Below are positions 54,275 to 64,000 of a stretch of DNA of 64,000 bases, piece by piece. Position 1 is the first letter of the stretch. Each line of letters opens with the position of its first letter. The notes under the pieces were generated by a model, which ran no database searches, was not told the origin of the DNA, and saw nothing but the letters and a program-made list of their open reading frames with translations. The stretch lies in contig OX597826.1 of the NCBI GenBank assembly GCA_951406725.2, positions 69,254,001-69,318,000 of the forward strand, written 5' to 3'. A program made the position numbers and the translations under genes. This stretch comes from Octopus vulgaris (lineage: Eukaryota).

Positions 54275-54552
54275 AAAACGTGAAGTTATTGCCAATTATT
54301 GTTGTGTGGTCTTGGAGACAGCATCACAAGGTATTGACAGAAATCTAAAGGAAATGGGAACAAAGTGCCCAGTAGAGCTGTTGCAAAATGTTTGCCTCAT
54401 AGGTAGGGCCAAAATCATCAGGAAAGTATTAAATAGTTTCAGAGAACAAATACGTTGCATGGTTCGGTGGGCTGCAGGTAAAATACCTGCTAATCAGGCA
54501 AGGCTCCAGGAATTCCAACAAAGCCTAGATCTAATAGAATTGTAATGATAAT
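54275..54552 (+). mobile_element. Decayed R4/Dong-like LINE 3' end
   Basis: VLETASQGIDRNLKEMGTKCPVELLQNVCLIGRAKIIRKVLNS (cf. GALGTV.K.L...L..IG......LQKA.LLGTA.IIRKVL). Confidence 0.75.
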
Positions 54553-54940
<388 letters not shown>

Positions 54941-55494
54941 GATGGGGTGTCAATCACATGGACCCCAGAGTTTAGGTGGTGCTTAATTTATCGACACCAA
55001 AATGATGAAGTAATCAACCTTGGAGAAATTTGAACTCAGAACGTAAAGGCAGACAAAATACCGCTAAGCATAATAACAATAGTTTCAAATTTTGACACAG
55101 GGCCAACAGCATTTGAAGTTGACTACATCGACCCAAGTATTTAATTGGTTATTGTTTTGTGGCAAGCTGTATCGACCTTTGCCTTTCCCTTGGATGACAT
55201 TGGTGGCGTGGAGAGGGGAGACCGGTATGCATGGGTAACTGCTGGTCTTCCATAAACAACCGAACTTGTTCCTGGGAGGGTAACTTTCTAGGTGCAATCC
55301 CATGGTCTGTGTCGTGACCGAAGTAGGGCTCAGAATTTTATCGACACCGAGTGTTTGAAAGACAAAGTCGACCTTAGCAGAATTTGAACTCAAAACGTAA
55401 AGACAGTTGAAATGCCCCTAAACTTTACAATACGGGGATATCATAAGAGGGACCTGTCTCTCATGTTTGTTAGCAGCGTCTGCCTCGTCGGTCT

Positions 55495-55542
55495 CTGTGA
55501 CTGAAGAGGAGATAACCACTCCGAAATGCTTGCATTCCATAG
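55495..55542 (+). ncRNA. Type-I hammerhead ribozyme (canonical core, solitary)
   Basis: CUGUGA-CUGAAGA-GGAG(AUAACCA)CUCC-GAAA-UGC(UU)GCA-U-U^-CCAUAG; stem I has an A-C mismatch next to the core and one GU. Confidence 0.7.
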
Positions 55543-55818
55543 TCTTGTTATATAGGCGCTATGTATTTACAACCGTTTGTCTACCGCAAGACATTTTCTC
55601 CATAACAAAATACAACGAATGGCTCCCTTACGAGTTCGAATAATCTTTAAGCATATTTGAGCGGGAAACAAGTTTGTATTTGCACGCATCACTGCTTAGC
55701 GCAGTCGCTCCGTATTACAATGGTAATCCCCACTGTAACCACCATCATCATCGTGCTCATCATCATCACTTAGATTATTTTTCGTAAGTCTTTGCTGTCG
55801 GTGTTGATGTAGCTACTG

Positions 55819-55910
55819 TCTTCTTCTTCTTCTTCTTCTTCTTCTTCTTCTTCTTCTTCTTCTTCTTCTTCTTCTTCTTCTTCTTCTTCTTCTTCTTCTT
55901 CTTCTTCTTC
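55819..55910 (+). repeat. (TTC)n microsatellite
   Basis: Direct reading. Confidence 0.97.
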
Positions 55911-56059
55911 CAATCAGGACTCACGCCATTAGCTACAAAGAATAAATCTTTAATTCGAGCCTACTCTAAGCTCCTAAGAATGCATGTGGAAACTTGAAGA
56001 TCCACCCACCACACACGATAGACTGGCGGTTGCACGGGCGCGAAAGCTACGTTGTTATC

Positions 56060-56354
56060 CTCATTCCGTAAACAGTGGCTTTCCGTAACAGAGCTGAACC
56101 ATCCTGGGGTACAGAGGATTCGCAATCTAGACTAGGGCCTGAAAGTTTACCACACCAAAGTCGGTTACACGATGGTTCTTCTGCTTTGTGGCAGAAGTAG
56201 GAAGAAAGAGTGAGAGAAAGTTGTGATGAAAGAGTACAGCGGGGTTCACCACCACTACCCCCACCGGAGCATCGTGGAGCTTAGGTGTTTTTGCTCAATA
56301 AACACTCACAATGCCCGGTCTTGGAATCGAAACCAATGGGCCATTGCGCCTCCA
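56060..56354 (-). mobile_element. SINE family A head (internally deleted) with a further different tail
   Basis: gggccattgcgcctcca head and gaaagagtgagagaaagttgtgatgaaagagtacagc body; sequence to the left differs from tails 1-3. Left boundary approximate. Confidence 0.65.
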
Positions 56355-57785
56355 TTGTAGCTGCTGTTGTAATAATACTAAGAACTTGTATTGTTGTTAT
56401 TGCTACTCTCGTTGTTGCTGTTGTAACGGGTACAGTGATTAGTATTTTAATTAAAATGGAAATAACACAAGAATTATTGTTGTTGTCATTATTATTGTCA
56501 TAAATGGTGTTGTTGTTGTTTAACCCCTGGCCAGTCATGATCAGCTGGCCCATATTCAACGACATTGCAACTATGACTCATTTCTTTGTTCCTGTTTTTT
56601 TAATTTTTTTTTTTACAAACAATATATTTAGGACTACTCTACGTAATATGTGCCTCCTGTTTAACACGAAACTTTGAGATCTTTAAAGGAGAGTTGGCTG
56701 CTATTTTGAACAGGTTCAATGACCGCGTAATTGCCCCGTCTGTTTTGTTATTGGAAGTGATGTTGTCGCTATTGTTGGCGTTGTGATGCTTTGATAATGG
56801 CCGTTGTTTTTGAACTTGATGATGATGATGATTATGATGATGATATTTGTGGTTTTGTTGCTGTCGCTGTGACTGTGTTTATTTTCGGAACATTTAACAG
56901 GTTTTGCAGGAAATGGCTGTCATATTTGTCGCTGACAAAGTGTAAACATAAATTCATAGATTGCTTCTAGATTATTATTTTACTGAAAGCAACAGCAAAA
57001 ATAATAACAGGAGTATCCACAGCAACAGCAGAGTACCTCTAAACAGTGGCTTGCTCTACTAGAAATAACAGCTAAATCTATCTCAAATTACATAGTAGTC
57101 TCAACAAAATAAGAGCGACTCATTATATGATGTGATATGGGGTACAAAGCGGTTCATCATAGTTCTTCACAATGAAAGCTGACCTGGGCTAAGCAGCCAG
57201 TATCAGAGTTACGGCAACATCAGTTGTAGAGCAATACACTTGACCTATTGGGGCAGGGAATAACAATTACTTCTTAATTAAATCTCATCCTTTAATCTTA
57301 AAAGATGGAAGTAAACATTTGGTAAAGCGGTCTTAGACTACCTTTGAAAAAAAGCCAGAATTAGTACAGTTGAGCTCCTTTGTTCGTAGGTTTGCTTGAG
57401 CAAGATCTTTCTATATATAAACAATGGCAATTATAATAAGGATAGCAAAATGAGCGGAGTAACATTAGATGCAACAATAGTGAATATCGGGACAATCATA
57501 AATGCAATGAGGCAACCGGGAAGCGATTACTTCTTTTGCTTATTTCACTGATTTGTCGGCGGCCATACTGGAGCACCACATTAAAGGGCTTTTTTTTAGT
57601 CGAAGAAATCGACCCCAGGACTTATTCTTTGTAAGCCTAGTACTTATTCTATCGGTCACTTTTGCCGAACGGATACGTTACGACGGACGTAAACACACCC
57701 CAATATCGGTTGTCAAGCGATGGTGGTTAGACAAATACAAACATAAAAACACACATAAGAATATGTACATGTATGTATGTACAGG

Positions 57786-57832
<47 letters not shown>

Positions 57833-57835
<3 letters not shown>

Positions 57836-58019
57836 GGTCCCGGTTGATTCGGGGTTAACCACAGTAAGTAAGGTACTCAATACATAGCAGAGTAAATTAA
57901 TTTATTATATAGAAGGAGTTCTCAGGACTAGTGTTCATTCAAGAGAAATCTTCAGGAAGCTTCCTGAAGATTTCTCTTGAATGAAACAGTACTAGTCCTG
58001 TAGAAGCTCCTTCTATATA

Positions 58020-58025
<6 letters not shown>
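57833..58025. mobile_element. TA-inserted element ending in a ~125-bp palindrome centred on AG|CT (57959/57960)
   Basis: tttattatatagaaggag...ttcaggaagc / ttcctgaagatttctc...ctccttctatataataaa; the left arm has small deletions. Confidence 0.8.
57958..58008 (+). ncRNA. Type-I hammerhead ribozyme (U10.1-U11.1 mismatch)
   Basis: AGCUUC-CUGAAGA-UUUC(UCUU)GAAU-GAA-ACAG(UACUAGUC)CUGU-A^-GAAGCU: 6-bp stem I, 4-bp stem III, GUA triplet, predicted cleavage after 58002. Confidence 0.78.
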
Positions 58026-58090
<65 letters not shown>

Positions 58091-58131
58091 TATATATATA
58101 TATGTTATTCCCTGTCCCAATAGTAAGTGTG

Positions 58132-58197
<66 letters not shown>

Positions 58198-58951
58198 TAC
58201 ATATATATCTATATATCAGTTTTCTTCTCCCAAACTCCCAAATCCACTATCAAGGCTTTGGTTGGCCCAAGGCTATAGTAGAAGACATTTGTCCAGGGTG
58301 CCATGCAGTGGGACTAAACCCGGAACCATGTGGCTGGGAAGCAAGATTCTTACCACAGAGATTGGAAACCTGCCGGCCACGGATGAAATTTCGTACTTTT
58401 TGGCGTTGAAATACCTTTCCTCAGGAAGCCCTCTAGGAACGTACGAAAAACTTGGTTTAAATCTTATGAATAAAACCCATCATTAAAAATATAGTCTCCT
58501 TTCAATAACTCATAAAACATTGGGTGTTTTAATTAGGAATTAGCTGCAATGCTTGTCATCTGATAATTATCATGCGTAGAAGCACATGAATTAATGACGT
58601 AGTTATCACTTACCTCTATTACAACCAATAAACATTTAGTAATTGTTTGCCACCATTTCACCGCCAAAATATCTCACCGTTTGTTCATTCCGTTTTATTA
58701 GGTAAAACGTTATTCGTGGTGAATAGCCAATGTGAATTTAAGTTTTCTCTATATTTAGTTGTCGGTCTCGTCATTACAAATTAAATGCAATAATTTTGAA
58801 TGCTAGCATCATTTATGGTTCATTTGCCTATTTTTATTAAATATATTAAATCAATATTATAATGTGTATGAAAGTAACAAAGAGCTGCCGGCCAAAGTCC
58901 TCTGTTCAGTGAATAATGAACAGTAGTAAATTAATTTTTTCTCTATGGGAA

Positions 58952-58993
<42 letters not shown>

Positions 58994-59787
58994 ACAGTAT
59001 GAGTGAAGTTGGTGTGTATGTGTGCTTACGTGTGTGTGCGTGCATGGATACGTGTTTGCGAGTGCATGTGTGTATGTTTTGTGTGTGTGTGTGTGTGTGT
59101 GTCTTATTTGTTAAAGATTCGGTTACGCTTTATATAAAGTACAAGCTTCAACAATTATTATTTGACCAAGCATAACGGATAAGGAAAAAAAAAAGAAACA
59201 AGAGCTGAAAGGGACCCTGCATTTAGACAAGCTTGCATTTTAAAAAGAACCTTTATACGCACAGCAACATATTTTTTTTTTCTCTTTCAAAAGACATTAA
59301 TAGAAAAGCTTGTGTAATTTCAAGAGAGTTCTGAAGTGTGTGAGTTAATTGAAAAGAAAGTGAAACCACGCATATAAAGTGAATTTCCGAAGAAAAAAGT
59401 GTTTAGTTGTCGTTGCATACAACTTTAGCTAAAGAGAAAGTGAAATTGAGAATATTTGTTTATTAAGGACGAAAGATTCTAACTCGTGTTAAGGACAAGA
59501 GTAAATAAAATTCAAGTATTCTTATAACATGCAGTATCGGTATTTATGATTTGTAAAACAACATATGCCGCAAAGTTTCCTTCTCGAGCCACGCCTGTCA
59601 TATATAAGTTGTATTTCTATCGCTTATGCCACGAAACTCATCGCAAAGACACGCATATGTATATGTTTGTGAGTGTGTATGTATGTATGTATGTATGTAT
59701 GTGTGTGCGTGTGTGTGTGTGTGTGTGCGAGAGAGTGCGTATGTCTGTATACATATATACATACATATGCATATTGTTGTTTGTTAC

Positions 59788-60061
59788 TTCTCGAGCCACG
59801 CCTGGCTCATAGGACCGGTTTCACGGTTTCCTTGGCGTATAGGTTCCCCACGTGGACGGGACGCAGGTGAGCTGCAAGAGAAAAGAGCGAGAAAAAGTTT
59901 TGGCGAAAAAGTCAGCAGAAGTTCGTCATTACCTTCTGCCGGAGCCGCGTGGAGCTTAGGTGTTTCGCTCATAAACACACACATCGCACGGTCTAAGATT
60001 CGAACCCGCGATCCCTCGACTGCGAGTCCGCTGCTCCAACCACTAGGCCATGTGCATCCAC
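59788..60061 (-). mobile_element. SINE family A head with tail type 2
   Basis: Matches 4815-5066. Confidence 0.85.
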
Positions 60062-60632
60062 TATGCTGCAAATTTCACATGCAACAGGTGGATTCGTGCA
60101 GTTGCCGAGTGGTGTCGTATCCAACAGACCGGAAAAGGTCACTTGGTAGTCCACGACAATGGGAAGACGATTTAGTTAAACAATTTCGGTGAAGGTGGAA
60201 AAGAATATACAGCCAAGACAACATTAGAAGCGCATTGTGACTAGTGTGTATGAGAGTATCTGATGATCTGGTCAATACAATGATACTGCGAAACAACAGA
60301 GGTAAATATAGTAAGTACGACACAGATGGTTATAAACTCGTGGGGAAAACGGCGAAATTTTCCATACAAACATTGCATTGACGTCAAAATATAAAACAAC
60401 CGATTGATGAATAGTTTCCTAATATCAAATCAGAAATAAGCGAAAAGTTTATGGCTACTTACAGTCCTCCGTCGGTGGTAGGATTTCAACAGAATTCTAA
60501 TAACTTATTAATTAGTAGAGTTGCTTTAGATGTGTACCTGCTTGGTATATAATTTGATCTGAGACCTATTTTGAAACGGAAACGAATGCAAGCATGGAAC
60601 ATACATGTTCGCCATTCAATAACACACAAAGG

Positions 60633-60855
60633 CTCTTTTACTCTTTTTCTCTTTTACTTGTTTCAGTCATTTGACTGCGGCCATGCTGGAGCACCGCCTT
60701 TAGTCGAGCAAATCGATCTCAGGACTTATTCTTTGTAAGCCTAGTACTTATTCTATCGGTCTTTTTTTTTGCGGAACCGCTAAGTTACAGGGACGTAAAC
60801 ACACCAGCATCGGTTGTCAAGCGATGTTGGGGGGACAAACACAGACACACAAACA

Positions 60856-60934
<79 letters not shown>

Positions 60935-60948
60935 ACACACACGCACAC

Positions 60949-61023
<75 letters not shown>

Positions 61024-61092
61024 TACATATATATGATTGATTGATTGATTCCAGTTTCAGCTCATGAGCTGTGGCCATGCTGGGGCACCGCC

Positions 61093-61138
<46 letters not shown>

Positions 61139-61306
61139 TATATACGACGGGCTTCTTTCAGTTTCCGTCTACCAAATTCACTCACAAGGCTTTGATTGGC
61201 CCGAGGCTATAGTAGAAGACACTTGTCCAAGGTGCCACGGAGTGGGACTGAACCCTGAACCATGTGGCTGGTAAGCAAGCTACCTGCTACACAGCCACTC
61301 CTGCGC
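60633..61306 (-). mobile_element. Full-length SINE family B with expanded (CA)n(TA)n and a nested 61034-61096 insert
   Basis: Tail ctcttttactctttttctcttttacttgtttcagtc; head acagccactcctgcgc. Confidence 0.92.
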
Positions 61307-61628
61307 ATGTTGACTTCTATTAGACATCATTTGTTCTTCAAATTTTCGTTGCAGAATCTGTGACCTGGTGACTAACAAAATATCTTTACTTTAAAAGAAG
61401 TAAGAAATTGAGCTACAGAACAGTTATACAAATTTCCAAGACACCAAAACAGATTGATGTTCTGTTGTGAGATTCCATTGTTAAGAAAAGAGAGCATTTG
61501 GCAGCGCTTCTATGAACCAAACGATACAGTGAAGCGCTTCGTATATTCTAAATAGAAGCTCCTTGCGAATTTAATGTTTAGAATGTCCGTATGATATGGT
61601 GTCTTGCTAGATATTACAAACAGCTTTA

Positions 61629-62450
61629 AAGCGACGAGCTGACAGGGTCGTTAGCACTCCGGGAAAATTGCTTAGCGTTATTTCGTCCGTCGCTACGTTC
61701 TGAGTTCAAATTCCGCCGAGGTCGACTTTGCCTTTCATCCATTGGGGGTCGATTAAATAAGTACCAGTTACGCACTGGTGTCGATGTAATCGACTTAATC
61801 CGTTTGTCTGTCCGTGTTTGTCCTCTCTGTGTTTAGCCCCTTGCGAGTAGTAAAGAAATAGGTATTTCGTCTGTCGCTACGTTCTGAGTTCAAATTCCGT
61901 CGAGGTCGACTTTGCCTTTCATCCTTTCGAGGTCGATTAAATAAGTACCAGTTACGCACTGGTGTCGATGTAATCGACTTAATCCGTTTGTCTGTCCTTG
62001 TTTGTCCTCTCTGTGTTTAGACCCTTGTGGGTAGTAAAGAAATAGGTATTTCGTCTGTCGCTACGTTCTGAGTTCAAATTCCGTCGAGGTCGACTTTGCC
62101 TTTCATCCTTTCGGGGTCGATAAATTAAGTACTAGTGAAACGCTGGGGTCGATGTAATCGACTATTCCCTTCCTCCAAATTTCAGGTCTTGTGCCTATAG
62201 TAGAAAGGATATTACAAGCAGTTTTAAGGCAATGAGCTGGCAGAATCGTTAGCACGGTGATCGAAATGCTGAACGAAATTTCGTCCGCCTTCACGCTACG
62301 AGTTCAAATTTCGCTGAGGTCAACTTTGCCTTTCATTTTTTTTTTCGGGGTCATTAAACTACATATTAGTCAAGCACTGCGGGTCGATTTAATCGACTTA
62401 CCCATTCATCCCAAGCTGCTGGCCTCGTGCCAAAATTTAAATGTAACATT
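61629..62450 (+). mobile_element. SINE family C with 3 tandem 184-bp units plus a diverged adjacent copy
   Basis: tatttcgtc(c/t)gtcgctacgttctgagttcaaattcc at ~61679, 61863 and 62047; a new head at ~62228. Confidence 0.9.
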
Positions 62451-62609
62451 CCCAGCAACTTAAATTATCTAATTTCGAAATTTTAAGGTTAGTTGTAGAT
62501 TCCAATAATTTAGTGTTTCCGGTTGATATGAGCTTTTCTCAACACTGCACTTGTTTGTAACCCAACTCAACTGGAAAATATTGTTTAATCTATTTCCTAA
62601 TAGGCCAAT

Positions 62610-62993
62610 GGAAGCACTCCGTCGGTTACGACGACGAGGGTTCCGGTTGATCCGATCAACGGAACAGCCTGCTCGTGAAATTAACGTGTGAGTGGCTGAG
62701 CACTCCACAGACACGTGTACCCTTAATGTAGTTCTCGGGGATATTCAGCGTGACACAGAGAGTAACAAGGCCGGCCGTTTGAAATACAGGTACAACAGAA
62801 ACAGGACGTAAGAGTGAGAGAAAGTTGTGGTGAAAGAGTACAGCAGGGATCACCACCATCCCCTGCCGGAGCCTCGTGGAGCTTTTAGGTGTTTTCGCTC
62901 AATAAACTCTCATAACGCCCGGTCTGGGAATCGAAACCGCGATCCTACGACCGCGAGTCCGCTGCCCTAACCACTGGGCCATTGCGCCTCCAC
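62610..62993 (-). mobile_element. Full-length SINE family A with 10-11-bp TSD
   Basis: TSD AATAGGCCAAT at 62599-62609 and 62994-63004. Confidence 0.95.
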
Positions 62994-64000
62994 AATAGGC
63001 CAATACTGCAAGTTCATTCGGTGGCCTTGGTGAGTGAGCAGTATAGGACGAGCACATACATGGAGCATTTCGAAAACAGCAGGAGGACTTCGAGGAGTCA
63101 TGATCTGATCTGGGTGATTCCACCTCCTTTTAGTGTATTAGGAAGTAACAGCCCGAAACACTTGTTTAACGGTTATCCTTCGTCTGAAGAGCTTCCCTAC
63201 TGTTCGTCCAACCGGGAGCGAGCTTTCACTCACTGAATTCGCCGAAACTAAAATCTTTATCGGAATCGTTTCATCCTACAGCATCAATTTTAAAAGAAGT
63301 TTAGAAATTTACTAACTTAATGAGCTTGAACAACGAGTAGCCAATACGTTGAACAAACTTCCTTTTGATGTAATGACAAATGAAACCGCTGAAACCTTGC
63401 AAAGCCAGTTAATTCTTTCACACTTGACTTAGAATTTGATATTCAAATTTAACAGTTTATACATTTTATGAATCTTATTTAGATATTAAAAAAATATCAG
63501 CGAATAAAGAATATCATATTGAAAATTCTATCATTGTCGTTTTTTATATATATTTTTTGTACCATTTACCAACGCGAACAGGAGTTTATTTTTTTTATTT
63601 TTTCACATCATTAAATTCAGCCAAGAACAATTTACGTGTCAGCCTCAATGATAATAATCTTGGAAACTTAATAAAAATTATCGCATCATCAGTCGTTCAG
63701 AATAATCCAAGGTTTCCAAAGCAAAGCAAAACCAATGTTTTCATTTCAAGGTAGTTTAAGAAACTCCATTAAAATTTAAAACATTACACCCTGTGGCGAA
63801 CTTAGCATTTAGATATTTTCGGTGTTTGTTTAATTAATGAAAATAGTGTTATCATTCGTTTTAATTAATGTCGCTTGGTGTGAGTTTGTGCATTTTACTG
63901 AATTCCTAAACTACAAAATTCGATAGTTTTCTCAAGTCAACACCTTGGCGCAGGTGATTTATGCAATTTGCAAAATTATATATTCCTTATATTTTTGTAT

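Larger units (their letters stand above)
57530..58358 (-). mobile_element. SINE family B interrupted in its internal TA tract by a hammerhead palindrome
   Basis: 3' half at 57530-57760, 5' half at 58215-58358, insert at 57833-58025. Confidence 0.85.

Noticed and set aside
63184-63225. CTGAAGA followed by a stem
   Set aside because: The second box is GAGC rather than GAAA, and there is no stem I or III.

Overview
AT-rich, repeat-dense eukaryotic non-coding DNA (intergenic or intronic). The SINE repertoire matches my recollection of Octopus genomes; this is an inference, not a database result. No intact host protein-coding gene is supportable. The ORF track is almost entirely microsatellite and SINE read-through, plus a few decayed transposon fragments. 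The window holds at least four tRNA-derived SINE families (several with clean target-site duplications, one expanded into a 7 x 184-bp array), decayed R4/Dong-like and L1/Tx1-like LINE fragments, an internally deleted mariner, three non-autonomous Helitrons and a 1096-bp tandem duplication. The main hidden signal is a set of mostly sequence-unrelated small elements, mostly inserted in (TA)n tracts, that carry type-I hammerhead ribozyme (HHR) folds. I count 11 motifs from about 7 families, including canonical cores and U3-A8, A6U, U4C and extra-A variants. Two of these elements are built from ~353-bp monomers arranged as tandem plus inverted copies (15265-16360 and 22540-23375). This is the architecture expected of retrozymes or Penelope-like pseudo-LTRs that could give self-cleaved monomeric or circular RNAs.
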